A stretch of 62,556 nucleotides of DNA, the filler included, from Porpidia crustulata (taxonomy: Eukaryota): assembly GCA_964255105.1 (NCBI GenBank). It is 10 parts of 10 records of this genome, joined end to end, with 100 filler letters (N's around TTAATTAATTAA, not from the genome) between each part and the next. Parts side by side here need not be neighbours in the genome. Positions count along the whole stretch, not along the records: positions 37,611 to 43,774 come from CAXUWE010001619.1; positions 43,875 to 50,038 come from CAXUWE010001620.1; positions 50,139 to 56,301 come from CAXUWE010001621.1; 7 more parts are not named here. One strand, given 5' to 3'. This document shows positions 38,309 through 51,606 of this stretch, piece after piece; the first letter of the stretch is position 1, and every line of letters begins with the position of its first letter. A program made the position numbers and the translations under genes. Under the pieces are notes generated by a model. That model made no database searches. It saw only the letters and a list, made by a program, of their open reading frames with translations, and had not been told where the DNA came from.

Positions 38309-38952
38309 TCCGTTTCTTCGTTACAGTTAAAAGATCAGTGAGTAATGCGTCAAGTCAAGTCAAGATGAAGTACAATTCAGTAGAGAGATGTGGGAGTTGA
38401 TGTCGAGGTACCTTATGTACTCAGGCATGTCTTGTAGATTAATAATCGAGGTAGATTCATAATCTGCCCGGTATTGGTATTCTGCGACATCCTCAGCGGG
38501 CATATCCGATGTGCTCTGATATTCTGACATAGCCTGAAAATGCTGCAGCCCACAGGAATGGATGGGAATGAATTCGTGGTTGGGATTAAGGAATTTGTGT
38601 GGTGTGCTGTGTGTGCAATGGTAATACACGAGCGTCAGAAAGTGTTACAATCGGTACAGGACGTGAGTAATCCAGCTGACAGCCGGGTAATGCGAAGAAT
38701 CTGAAAGCATCAATCAAACCATGTGGAGTCATAAGAAAAAGATGCTGCAGGTATCCGCTCTAGCGCCCTCGCGAGTCAACACCGATTCTTATATGATCCC
38801 AAAAGGCGTAAAAACATGGGAGGGACAGGGGGAGAAACAGGCGCCAGGAATTGTCCATCACTTCTCGCGCGACTGCATTGTGTGGTTCCTCATTTCGAGA
38901 CTCCGACCTTTGGTCTCTTCCCCATCAAATCTCTACTCGATCACTTACCGGC

Positions 38953-41349
38953 CTATCTGAATCTTGCGGAACATCGTCCCATGATCTCACCTTGACACAC
39001 TAGCTCTGCATTGAACTCACTGCCGTCGAGGGCGAGAAGTATGTCGAAGTAGACGCCTACGAATAATTATTATCAATATTACTGCTTCCAGGAAAGCCGG
39101 GGACGAAAAAGGATTAAGGGGATGTTTACGATAAAATGTCCCCTGCGGCGTGTCCATCCTCTCGAAGTCCTTCTCCAAGTTCTTTCTGCTCAGGTCACTC
39201 GTCAAAGTGACCACTTCCTTGATTCTCGGATCCTTCGTGTACTCAGGGCACACATCCTCATCGCATGCGTACAAGATATCTTCGTACATCAATGTGGCCC
39301 CTGGCGCTACCTGCCTGAAAAAGCTGACTTTGACCGGCTCCCCAGTCTTGACCCTTTGCCCCTTTTGCACAAAGATTTGCCGCGTGTATTTGCAGCGATC
39401 TTTACCATCTAAGCTAGGGACTCGGTACTGTTCGGGGTGATGGCCTTCTTTGAAAGGTTGAAGGGTGGCCATCAGGTAGTGACGACGTGCTACTCGGGAG
39501 GTAATAACGCGCTCGGTGATCCCGGCGGTGACGGCGCCTTTAACGATAGCGGCCACGGAGTCCATAGGGCGGACAACCTTGGCTTGGAATTGAGGAGGAA
39601 CGTGGAGTTTGATTTGCTGGAAAAGGTATTCGGAAGCGCCAAAGCCGCCGACAACAAGGACGTTCTGTGGGCAAAGAGGTCAGCTATATCAATGGTAGAA
39701 GAACTTCCAGGGGAGGTCTACTTGTAATATTCTGTTCTGGGCTTGGATGGCGATGATTTGATTTCGCACTAGTTCTAGGATGCGGTTGACAACAGGCTCG
39801 AAACATTGCAGGATCTCTTCGTTCGTAAAGGTCATGTATCCCTCCTCTATACTGGCTTCGAGATATTCAGCCTCAATGCCCACATCGACAGCCCATTTTT
39901 GTCCGTTGTTGCGGAAATCTGCTTTTATCCGGTTCTCAAAGTCCATTATACTCTTTGCATACACCTTCCCTGCAGTCTTTGATCCATCGGGAAGTTTCAT
40001 TTTGCGAATCTTTGCTCTTAAAATATTGCTGAAGTTTCGATTCAGTGCGGTGGAGCCACAGGAGTCTCCAGATCCTGCGGTGCATTCTGCGACTGTGAAG
40101 GGTGTCTCTTCTTCCACTTCGTATGCAATCAAGTCCACGGTTCCTCCACCGCAGTCTACAATGAGAACGGCATCCCGAATCTTGAGATTGAGGAGACCTG
40201 TCTTGGAGCAAAACATAGCAGCCGCTTCGGGTTCGGTAATCAGCGTTAGTCTGTTGTCATTTTCATCCCGTAAGAAGCCAGCTTGGATTGCAGCAGCGCG
40301 CGTTGCAGCCTTTCCAGCGTCATTCCAGATAGCAGGAACAGTAAGGAAATATCTGATGTTGCGTTCTTCTCGATTGAAGACTTCTCCGAGGGTTTTCTGT
40401 AGCTGGTTTCTCATCGCTTGCCGTAATTTGAAAAGGTAGTCCGCCGCAACGTCGATTTCTGACTTGCCAGGTGGTAGGGGAGGAAGGTTGATGGGATCGA
40501 TGTATGTGTTTCCGGAAAGCATGAGTTGTAGTTTGAACCATTCCACCTTCTGTACACCGGGTTTGGGGTAGCCGGTAGGCGCAAGGGCTTCAGCAATGTC
40601 AGGACCCCAGCCAACTACCTTTTGGTATTGGTCATAATAGAGAACGGTGGGAATCTTGTACTATTAGCATAGTCTCCAAGAATTCGAAAATGTACTTTAC
40701 TTTTTGTTTGGTCTGATTGCCGGCACCTGGCCATTCTGTGATGATATCCTCCTTGGCCTCAGTGTTCGTCGCGAAGGCGAAGGCGACCCCAGAAAATGTA
40801 GTACCCTGGAACGTATGTCAGTCGAGACTGCGGCTTCAAGAGAACTGTGACATGTACAAAATCAATGCCAACAATCAATTGCGCTTTACTCCTGCCGGCA
40901 CCTTCGACTTCCACAGGCGCCCCTCGACCTGAATAATGGCCCAAGGTTGGCTGCGGTGCGCCAGCGCCGTGCATACCGCCATTGGTTTGAGCATACCCGC
41001 CTGCGTATCCTGGCGGTTGCGCGGCGCCATTGAGAGCAGGGTGACCTTGCGGATAAGATCCCGTATTGATCGGTGGTGGGTGATGTGGTAATTGCTGTGT
41101 TGCTGGAGGCAATGGACTGGATGATCTTGGAGCGTGAGGATTGTATGTGTAGCTTGGAGGGCGCCCGAGCCCGTTGGGGTTTTGGGCCATGGGAAGACTG
41201 GTTGTTGAAGAGGTGCCGAGTGGTGGGGTTTGAACAGCGCCGTTGGTGGAGGCAGGCTGAATGGAATTTGGGGAGGATGTCTGAGTCTGCCTATTGGGGT
41301 TGCGCTTCGAACCAAGGGAAGCACCGAACTGTTTGAATCGTGCGTTCAT
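38953..41349 (-). CDS. Atypical Hsp70-family (actin-like ATPase) chaperone with Pro/Gly/Gln-rich N-terminus
   Basis: LIVGIDF/GTTFSGVAFAF, LTVPAIWND, ITEPEAAAMF, IVDCGGGTVDL, VVGGFGASEYL, C-terminus AELVCQGEIMGRCSARFR*. The start codon is uncertain. Confidence 0.9.
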
Positions 41350-42058
41350 GAGGCCGATATGATGCCTAGGGTAAGGATAAGTCAACTTTAAGGAAACCAC
41401 GGCAGCCGGGCTTCATCGTGTAATGTGGGGATGATTTCGAGAGTACCTTGTCCCTTCGCTACAACTAATGTGCCTACTAAATTGTCCACCTTAGGGCCTC
41501 AAGGCGGTGCTTACCAAGAATAGCAGCAAGAGGGGCGCAGTGACGAAGATTTTCAATAAAGATATCAATGTTTAGACAATATTTTTATATCATCCTTCGA
41601 ATCTATCGGAGAACATTATGATCACACTGGTGGTAAGGCACGATTGGCTCCTATCTACTTGTACAACTTGCGAAGGGCTGCCTGATACGCGGGGCTATCG
41701 AGATTTCGTCGAAGACATCTGGCCTCCTGCCACGTTTGCTGGCGACTATCTGTTCCACACTGGTCTCGTCATCTTAGAACAAAACACCACAACAGTGTCA
41801 TCCTCAGCTGCGGTGATCAGCTCTGTCATCCTGAGTTGTTAACAGTAGAAAGGGTCGAGTTGATGCGGCCTCACCAGCCCAATGCTTGGCATTTCCGACT
41901 GTTGGCGCCGTAAACTCCAATCAAACCTGCAAGATTGCTCAGTAAGCGTAGATCACCGAAATGCCGGGAGGACTTTAGTACGACCATCAGAAGCGCAAAC
42001 ACAGACATCCAAGGATCTCTCAAGTCCTCCCAAGTCCTCCCAGTCCTCCCAGAGACCA

Positions 42059-43496
42059 TTATGGAACATGCTTTCCTTGTTTCTTCCTGGCTATCCAATG
42101 CGACGTTCTATAAATATTCTGCAACATACTTTCTGAATCCCGAATATAACCAGATCCGTCACTCCGAATTTCATGCTTCTCAATTTCGAACCCATATGAC
42201 CGCACCAGCATTAGGACCTCTTCGTCCGTGAACTCGAAACTACCAGGCTCTTCAATGCCTCTTCGTTCTTTCAGGCCGCCGCTGCGTCTCTCCTCGGTAG
42301 AACTCGAGAGTTCCCGATCCCCAAAGTGCCATAGCAGAGGCCCTAGATTGACCCACACGCCTCCCTCCTTTAAGCAATTGTGCACCGTCTCTATATACTT
42401 TATTAAATTCGGTGCTGTATCTATAAAATAGACCATCACAACTGCATCATACATTCGGTGATGCTGTGGATCGCCATACAAGATAATAAAATCCCCGGCC
42501 GTCATGGTCATTCTATCGACCGGTCGATGATCGATGGTAGCTACCGGTGTCATAAGATCACTTCCAGGATGGACATCGGGAATCTTAACCACTTTGAATT
42601 GCTGCTCCCTATTGACCAGATTGGAAAATTCTAGTACAAAAGGATAGAGATCGAATTGCTCGGCTCGGTCAGTGTGATTCAAAACCCAGCTGCTTGTTAT
42701 CAATTGGTGGTATGAAATTTCGTTTCCTTCGACAGTGTACCCTTTGTGGCAAAAATCATAGACAAGACGACCTAGGCCAGCTCCGGGTACAAGCACTTTG
42801 ATGTTACTTTTGTTCGGAATAGTATGAAAAGCTTCGCCTACATCTCGTAGCACGGGTTCGTAGCATGCACGTCGTTCATCAGCGCCTTCAGCACTCCAAT
42901 CACGATATAGTTGTCGGATAATCGTTTTGACCTTGTTCACATCCTGAGACTTCGCTGCGCCATGCCACTCCCAGGCTGGAGATTTTGCAGTAGGATCGAC
43001 GCCAAACAAGTGCAGACCAGTAGTAAGAATCTCCTGAGCGAGATCCCCATTGATATCGATAGTATCATCAACACGTTCTAAGTTCTTGAGAAGGTTAAAG
43101 GGAGGCGCGGCCAATCTCTGCCATTGTGCCGTTGGTAAGGCATAGAAGTTTTGGCGGCGGCGATGAGTCACGTTGAAGTGGGCAATTCTTCGATAGATGC
43201 TAAGTTACTGGATAGTTAGGCTGTAAATACGTGACCATCATACTAGAAATAAGGGAGAGACAGGAATGAGATTCACATGAACGTATGTATGTATTATAAT
43301 AGACATGACTGTACACAGAAAGCGCAGCCTGCAACGCAATTGAGAATTGGTCTAAATATAGAAACCACCTTCTTGATGTCCACTCTGTACTTGACACTCA
43401 CCGGAAAGAATCTAGAGCAGCAAACAAGACTCGTCTCTCCTCCGGATCTGCGAGAGGATCGTGGCCACCACTTAGATCTTCTGGCGCTAGAGACAT
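42059..43496 (-). CDS. Carnosine N-methyltransferase (N2227-like, class I SAM methyltransferase)
   Basis: Exon 1 MSLAPEDLSGGHDPLADPEERRVLFAALDSFR, then IRQLYRDWSAEG, VLVPGAGLGRL, EGNEISYHQL, YFIDTAPNLIKY, WVNLGPLLWHF. Confidence 0.9.
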
Positions 43497-43774
43497 TGGA
43501 ATATCTTGAGACAGTGCTAGTGAAAACTCAGGATCTAGGCAGTTTTTGCAACGAAGGAAAGACGGACAAAAAGAATGGCTTTAACTTTTTGTCAAGATAG
43601 TAATAGAAAGGAATAGACCATAGTTCAAGTAGCAGTCCAAGTAGCAACAAAACTTGTGATGGAGCGCTGTTAGTCTGTAACTAGGATACGATTGACTGAC
43701 GACAGCGAGTAGCACGATGGCGTAGGGCTGAACAGCACCCCTTCAACCAATCAAAACCACGAAAACACCAATAT

Positions 43775-43874
43775 NNNNNNNNNNNNNNNNNNNNNNNNNN
43801 NNNNNNNNNNNNNNNNNNTTAATTAATTAANNNNNNNNNNNNNNNNNNNNNNNNNNNNNNNNNNNNNNNNNNNN
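43775..43874. other. Artificial contig spacer
   Basis: N44-TTAATTAATTAA-N44. Confidence 0.99.
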
Positions 43875-44493
43875 GGGTGAGCGTGCGATGCGGCGCTAGG
43901 GCCAGTGCTCCCCCCCCAACCTCCCCAATCACATGCGCCGCATGCCTATCCTCCTCCTGCTCCCGCACCATCTCGCCGCTGTCCAGCGCGTGCACGCCCT
44001 CGGCGCCCACCCACCGGCCCCAGCTCGTCGGGTCGCGCGCCAGCATGTCCCCGGCCAGGATCCGGTCGCCGCTGGCGTCCTGCACGTTGATGTGCAGGTC
44101 GGCGCAGTTCATGGGCAGGACGACATCGAGGTTGATCTGGAGCTCGTGCGAGACGCCTTTTTCGACGCTGAAGAGGTGGATTTCGTGACCGTGGTACCAG
44201 CGGAGAAGTTCGGTGAGGGAGAGGAGGGCGGAGATGATGATGAGGGCGAAGGTGGTGTAGCCGCCGGATGAGCTGCGGCGGGTGTAGGTGGGTTTGGTTT
44301 TTGCTTTGAGGATGGTTAGATGGGGTTTTCGCAGGGAACTGGGCAAGGGCCCAGCATGGATCTTGTGACGCTGAGGGCACATAGAAACGAGGGAGGTCTT
44401 ACGGAAGGCATCGAATGTTCTGATATTGTCCCTGAAGCTTCCCTTCTCCCCAAAGGCCGACTCATCCAGTCCGTGATCGGCGAAACCGTTCAT
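43875..44493 (-). CDS. ERV41: COPII vesicle protein Erv41 (ERGIC family), 3'-truncated
   Basis: MNGFADHGLDESAFGEK...FDAF/PKTKPTY...FSVEKGVSHELQINLDVVLPMNCADLHINVQDASGDRILAG. Confidence 0.9.
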
Positions 44494-45017
44494 GAAGGAT
44501 CATATAGTTCGTACAATCATCGAAATGATATGATCAAAGGAATTGTGCCAACAATCACTTGCAAAGTATATGGTGCGGGGCTCTCAAATGCTACTTTGAG
44601 AAGATGACAGCTTGGGGATTGATGCTAGCGCAGGAAATATAATTCCATCAGCCCTAGCCGCCGTCGGACAACCTCAGGGGCAAGAATCTATGTCACTCTA
44701 GCATAAAGCGATGACAGTTGGAAACCGTTGTCTTAAATCAATATTTCACCAATGTCAACAACTTTGCGGTATTCAAGTTCAGCAGATAGTATCCAAATCA
44801 CATCATTTCTACTGCCTAGCTATTCACTTTTCCAATCCACAGCACCTATCGTAAAGTGTGTCGTTACCAAATTGTACAGATGAGCAAAACGTGTTTGCCG
44901 AATCATCGTAGAAGTAAAAAAGTCCCAAAGCGTATCATGTAGAGTACCAACCCAGATACTCTACCCATCCCGACTCTACTGCCAGAGGTCCCAAGCGCCA
45001 TGCTTGGTAAATGACGC

Positions 45018-46896
45018 TTAGATCGAAGACATAAAGTGATGACCGGCACGACGGTGCTTGGCGTGTCGCTTCTTCATGGTGAGTGAGCCTGACTTTGTGT
45101 AGATGCTCATTCTGGCAGGACCGCCACAGATCTCGGAGCTGTTGCCGTCGCACTTTGAGGTACACTCCCCGGCTTTCTCAGAACTATCTTTCAGAGCATC
45201 TCCACAAAAGCATTGGCCTCCATTCTCCAAACCGGCAATCTTCTTGCCCAGAACGTCGCAGCGCTGAACGCAGTTGGTTGCAGTGACGCCGTGGTCCGAC
45301 ATGGTGTGGGGATCATACTCAAATCTATCGTCGAGAGAGCGATGAGGGTTGATCAGGTCAGAGTAGCATCCGACTGCTTTCCAATCGCCAGACCCAGCCT
45401 TGATGCTTGCAGGGGTGAGACCTGACGGGGTGGCGTTTCCAGGCGATGCGGCGGTAGAGGATTCAGCAATAGATGCAGGGGCAGCTGCAAGAGTCGTGCC
45501 TCCAGGCGCAGTCGCGATAGGAGGAACTGGCGAGACTTTGTCGCTGACGGCTGTAAGGGGAGCTGAGGCTACAGTGGAAACCGGTGTGGATGATGCCATA
45601 GCCGTAGCAGAGGAAGCCATGGGTGCAGCTGAAGATGAGCCTCCTGACGAAGAATTACCAGAGCCGACAGTATCGGGGGACACAGATCCTCCGCCGTACA
45701 CGAGAGAGGTCTGGACGTTGGCACAATTCGTTTGGACGGTAGCCAGCTGAGGACCGGGCTGAATTGGGTTGCAGCCCGGAAGCGACATTCCAATATTGGC
45801 AAGAGGGGTTTTGCCACCGTCTTTTTGGTTGAAGTTGGCCAGGCCGACGTTCTCATTGACTGCGGGCTTCGAAACTCTACAATCATCCGTCTCTGTATTG
45901 GAACGAATTCCAGCAGCGCCAAAGCACCCGGGCCCGTCAAGACCAGCTCCGTCGCCAATGGTGCAGGTCTTCATCGCTTGTCCCAGAACACCGGGCTTCC
46001 ATCCAGCCAACTGATGAGGTTAGTCTCATGCATTTGTAAAGAAATATACTCGGGAATTAGGGACTTACGAAATCCGCGTGGAATCCGAAACCGGTGGGAT
46101 CACCTTGAGCCAGGACCCATGGCACATCATTGGCACCATACTTGCCGTTGAACAAGGAAACATCGAGCCAGTACTCGGTAAAGATCTCGGGGAAGCGCTT
46201 GACGGTGAATCCAGTAGGACAGCCGGCCATACCATCTTTGTTGATGGGGAAAGCCATGTGAGCATGGGGGTCTTTGGGATTGAAGTCCTGACCATTCCAG
46301 CATGATGGGAATCGAATAGACGCAGCGAGGCCACCAAAATAGTTGGCATCACAATCCGTGAAGCCCTTGGGAAAGCCAGTTGCCTTGGGCGAATTGGCAT
46401 TGTTGTGGCATTGCCAATTCATCTGATTGCCGGCATTTCCAGAGGAACCATCATCAGAGCGCAGCATGGCATTTCCGGTGATCATGCGGAAACCGCTGGG
46501 AAATTCGCTCATTTCGAGGTCCGGTTGATTGTGTCCTGTACCGAATTTGTAGTAGACCTTATGAAACGGCTTCTCTGGAACACGAGTGAAGGAGCCATCC
46601 TTTGGGTCCTTGAAGTACAACGCAGGCATCCAGTAATTGCTCAAGTCGTCGCGAACCGGGTTCGTGCTGCAAGTTGACGTCTGAGTAGTGGCGAAGTCCA
46701 TTTCGGCCTGGAATGCATTACCACCGAGAACGGAGTGGACATGATTGGAGACCTTTCCAGCGGACAAGAGGGGGTCAACTCGCTCAAGAGCAACGGGCAT
46801 GCCCATGCCAATGGTGAAGAAAGCATCAGCATTGGTTCGGGCAGCAAGCGTAGCTAACAGCCCAGCAGTGGAGGCACGGCCATTGTTGAAGCGCAT
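45018..46896 (-). CDS. Secreted DUF1996 + Ser/Ala linker + WSC domain protein
   Basis: ERVDPLLSAGKVSNHVHSVLGG, DLSNYWMPALY, IRFPSCWNG, GDPTGFGFHADF/LAGW. WSC domain GCYSD...CVQRC...AGLENGGQCFCG...CDGNSSEICGG. Basic His-rich tail. Confidence 0.9.
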
Positions 46897-49393
46897 TTTT
46901 GCTAGAATTGTGATTGTTGTAGATTGTTGGTTATGGTTGGACAATTGTTTAGATATCAAATCTAAGATGGAAGAATCAAGGAGTGTGGTTCGTCAAGAAC
47001 GTATCAATGAACGACAGTAAGGATCGTGGTGCACCAGAGTCTCGGACTCTAAAGCGCAAGAAAAAGAGCGTACACGTAAACCGGAGGTGAGGTTGTAGAG
47101 GTTGAAGAAAGAGAAAGGAAAAGAAAGAGAACTTTGGTGTGGGATATGATGTGGATTATGAACAAGTGAATTCAACGCTAAGGCAGGTACACACACCCCG
47201 ATAAGATTAGGAAGAAAACGATTCACTTCGAGGTAAAACGAAACATTATCGACGCTAAGGTAAACAATCTCAGATTTCGTCGTGTTCTATTACAGAATTG
47301 CAAGTTTTACGCTCGGTTAGATGGTTAGTGCATAGTTAGTGGTAGTATTGAAAAATTGGATGTTGAAATTGGGCTTTGTGAATCTACAGGAGGAGGCCAA
47401 GCGCCTGATCTCGGCATTCTGAAACGATGACCATCACCATCCACCCTCACCCCCTCTTCTCGATCGGGATCATTAGTGCAATGTAGAAAGCACCAATCCA
47501 TCTTAGTCAGGTACAAATCCCTCCTGAGTTTCAGTTCAGATTAGCTTACTTAGCCGTTGGCCGCTAATCGAGGCGCTCAATGGTAGTCTGACAGTCTGAC
47601 AAATTTGCTCTAATGTTTCTCGTATCTCATGATTGAGTGGCTCGTCCGGGTAGAATTCAGTTGGCATTGGTAGGTGGGGAGTGTTGGCCGTTTGAGATCT
47701 TCCAGCGACGAGGCCAAGTCGCACACTCCTCTTCTTCCCTATTCCCTATGAATTCCTCGCTATTTACCGAAAGGTGCCCCCGCCCCCTTCTTCGTGCAGA
47801 TGTGAAGTCACCATCCTGATCCGTCGGTCGAGGCGTCCACTACGGACAGTGTCCGCATGCCACATGCTACTGACTCCTCGCAACCATTTACGACCGGTCC
47901 AATTGCGCCACAGAAAAGCTTCAATTGGTTGTTCCATCAGCTTTTTCCCCTTGGGCGAAACGCTGACTGCCAAAATGTCGGAACAGCGGGACGCCACCTT
48001 TGGATGTTGACAGCCGAGGCCGAATCACCATCTAGCTCTGTCTGCAGGCTGCAGGGGAACGATGCAGCATTATCGATAAATGATAAGTCATTATTGTCAT
48101 TGCAGGATAAGCTCGTCCCATGCAGATTACCTGTCATCTCCCAGTCCCAGTGCGTCTTTGTACTACGTGTTCTTTGACCATGCCACCGTGCCTCCGTACT
48201 TCCTCGCCTGTGCCTCGGTGGAATCTCAGTGAAACAACACTTGACTGAATAACAATGACTGATAAAGTTTGGTGGTGGTAATGATGATGCCGATAATGAT
48301 GACACGGCGGTCTAGAGCGGAGAATGAATGGGAAATACTAGTACTGTAGTGTGATTCACCCCGATGAAAGCGCACCATTCGTGGACGATGGCGGGTGGGC
48401 GGCAACCGAATTCTGAACAGACCCCTTACGTTCGACCACCTATAATCTCATCGTCAGACACGCACAGACAAAAACCGCCTGTCGGTACCAATCGTACTTG
48501 ACCGAAGGATCCATTCTCATGTTGGTCTCCGCTAGCAAAATTGCTATCCTGACGCGCGGTTTCCGGCGTTGGCGGGCTGAGGCTTATTGGTAAAGCTTCA
48601 ACGATGGCCAATTCGCCAACATTATTCTAATAAACTCTTGGATGTTGGATACCACCCTGCTCAACTTTCTTTCTTTCTTTCAACAAGCAGGCGATGTCGC
48701 TTGTTCTTCAAGACTCGGGTCTACAATGTATATATTTTCATTCAATTATCGATACTGCCTTCACAGTCAGCATTTTCAATTGGCACTAGAGTAGTATTTG
48801 CTACGAAGCCGGCCTTCCAAGACATGTGCACATCATGGTTTCGGAAAGCAGAATTCGAAGATCATTGTTCGCTGGTCACGGTCTGAATAATTGACGCTGC
48901 AGGCACAAAAGACGAAGCATTGAAAAAGTAATGATGGACTGCGTGCGCCATCATCTCTGAGACAAGATATTGAATTGTATGATAGTAAATGAACATATGC
49001 AATATTAGACGGGTGTGGCTACTAAGTCTCATGGCAATTGAGACAAGTCAAGTCCTAACCGTTCATGTACTTTACACACCTAAAGCCGTAGAGCAACATC
49101 TTCGATGTAGAAGATTGCATTGTCGATGACCTGGCACCATGACCACAAGTCACTGCAACTTGATCCCCAGGATGTGAGACATGGTGATACCTGCCCGAAT
49201 GCAGTATAGCTTATCTCGCTTGTTCCTGGGGAGAGCTTCCAATGATTGTCAACAAGGACTTCCGATTGCCATATATGGACATGCGACGACACGATGATTG
49301 ACAGTACTTTCTTGTACCCCGGGCTACATGGAATCCTATACATATAAGAAAGATAGCTCAAAGCTTGCGTGAGACAGATTTACCGGAGATAGG

Positions 49394-50038
49394 ATGCCTG
49401 CTGCAGTATCGATGTTACGCTTGGCTGGCTACAGACCCATTGCGCAGAGCACAAGAGCATCAACATTGCGAAAGCGTTTCTTTTCAACGCCAGCATGCTT
49501 CCCCAAACGGAATCAAAGATTGTTCTCATCCTTTCGAAAAACACCCAAACCCTTGCCATCATCGGATCACAAACAAAATCTTCTCATCGTCCTCCCAATT
49601 CTCTGTCTCCTTACCTTGGCCTACAAGCACCTTGACCTCGGATTCGGTACACCCCTCGCCCTCGATACGCTCGACCCTATTTCGATAGAAATTTCAGCAA
49701 GATACCCCTCATTCCCGATGCCCTCATCCATCGAAGAAGCCAACATACGCTTAAGATTGGAAGAGGCGTCGCAAATCCTCGGCCATCCTCTTGACGTCCT
49801 TCGTTACGAGTCCGTCCGCGTCGCCAGTAATCTCGGGTGCGAAGACGAGTACACCTCTGCTACCAAGTCATCGCCCGAGAATCAACGCCTGCAATGGGTG
49901 ATGTGGGGTATATTTGATGGCCATGCGTAAGTGTCTCCCCTCAAGCCCCCGCGTTTTCTTTAAAACACCCATTTCACTACTCCTAGCGGCCTCGAGACCG
50001 CGCTAATGCTAAATACTATGCTCTCAACATTCCTCACC
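49394..50038 (+). CDS. PP2C phosphatase, pyruvate dehydrogenase phosphatase (Ptc5)-like, 3'-truncated
   Basis: Arg/Ser-rich mitochondrial-type presequence plus a hydrophobic segment, then RYESVRVASNLGCED and WVMWGIFDGHA/G. Confidence 0.8.
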
Positions 50039-50138
50039 NNNNNNNNNNNNNNNNNNNNNNNNNNNNNNNNNNNNNNNNNNNNTTAATTAATTAANNNNNN
50101 NNNNNNNNNNNNNNNNNNNNNNNNNNNNNNNNNNNNNN
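50039..50138. other. Artificial contig spacer
   Basis: N44-TTAATTAATTAA-N44. Confidence 0.99.
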
Positions 50139-50370
50139 ATATGAAATAGGGTGGTTCTTGGACAAATAAAAAGATAGGTAGAAGGGGGAAGGCTAAGAGA
50201 ATTGGGGGGGAGAGAGGTTTGGAAAAAGGTATGTGGCGGTATTGGCTCCCTAGATTTCTAGGATTAGGATCATAAGGTTTGATTGCTGCACTACTATTGC
50301 TTTCATTCCAAGCATTTTCCAATGAGCTCGAGACGAAACTGCTCAGAACGCCCAATATCCGACCCCTGCC

Positions 50371-51606
50371 TTAGAACTGTAATCATGGTTAGCACCTGGA
50401 TTATATCAAGTGAGGGCCAGGCATCTGCCTACCGACACCAATTGGTTAAGATCGTATTCGCCGCCGACGGACAATTGCGGTATCTGCTGGTATTTCTGCT
50501 GCAGCGCGCCCCGCGTGTTCTGCAGGACGTTGATGTAACTCTGGCGTGGGTTTTCGCGCATAGTCTTGATAAAAGCCCACGACATGGCACCTGTTGCCCG
50601 TCGATTAGCCGAGAATTATCCACGAAACATCAAGCGCAGAACGAACCGGTGGCGGCTCCGGCGATGCTGGTGTCGGCCGAGGTCTGGTCGTCCGCGCACC
50701 CGCTGAACATCCAAACGTCCTTGCGTTCGTTCCTCCAATCCTCGACGAAATGTTCCTCGCCAAGCCCGTCCTCATTGGTCGGTTCGTTGCGGTGTTGCAG
50801 GCCTTTGAAGAACGACGTGGCTCCGCCCATCAGCACTTTGGCGTCTTGGACTTTGTTCATGGAGAAGCCTCCGCGTAGGAGATCCGAGGCGGCTGCGACG
50901 AGGCCGATGCCTTGCTTCACGTTGTCCATGAGGTTAACGTTGCCGTGGGAGTCGGGGCGGTAGACGAAGGGGAGTTCGACGGCGGAGCCGGAGTGACAGC
51001 AGTCGAAGAGGATGGTCATGCGGCAACTCGGAGACATTGCGGAGACGAGCACTCGATGCAACTATTTCAATTCCGTTGGGTCTGAAATTTTATAGGGGAC
51101 CGCAGGAAGGCTTACAGTGTCGCTCGAGATTTGCCCAGACCTTTCAAAATCCAATGGGCATATTGTGTCATCAAACCTGCCGATCTATCAGTATAACTTC
51201 TTGCTCAAAGACGACTTTGTCACTTACCCAGAGTCTCGATCACCGTCAGGGTCTTTAACCTGGCCTGTCAAGGCGTCAGACAGACGGTCTAAGACATCAC
51301 CAATTGACTTGGGAAATCCATACCACCATGTCCCGAATAGGAGATCCACAGCGAGCTGCCCGGGGGATTGCCGATGACTAACCAATTGAAAGCGGACATC
51401 ATGTTCGCGCCGGTTGGCTCAAAGGGAGTGCCTCTATTTTGCGGGGTGTCTGTCAACATGACCATATCGCTTTGGTTGGGAGAAAAGCCGCGGTCCTCTA
51501 CCAGGTATCTCTGCATGTTTAAGGCATCGTTGATGCATCCGGCCAATTGATGGCTGCTACCCGTATAATTAATTCCTATCAGGAGAGCTTTTCTGCGTCC
51601 CGGCAT
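50371..51606 (-). CDS. Metacaspase (peptidase C14B) apparently lacking the Pro/Gln-rich prodomain
   Basis: RRKALLIGINY...LAGCINDA, YSGHG (catalytic His), FDCCHSG (catalytic Cys), MFSGCADDQTSAD, GAMSWAFI, QIPQLS. 5 introns. Confidence 0.92.

Noticed and set aside
39780..40439. Long antisense ORFs (also 50283-50963, 22416-22955, 57341-57877, 54134-54625)
   Set aside because: They are shadows of real genes on the opposite strand, with no independent motifs.
42020..42052. Short tandem repeats (CAAGTCCTCC here, GTAAGGTG at about 51821-51846, GA tract at about 58255-58275)
   Set aside because: Ordinary slippage repeats in UTR or promoter DNA, not CRISPR-like.
43197..43401. Second stwintron in the long carnosine N-methyltransferase intron (CCTAAC...CAG followed by TAACTTAG)
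   Set aside because: A single GT-AG intron using the TAG acceptor already gives the right frame, and candidate inner introns would be too short.
47000..49350. Short ORFs between the DUF1996-WSC gene and PP2C
   Set aside because: No motifs. Consistent with a long divergent promoter/5' UTR region.
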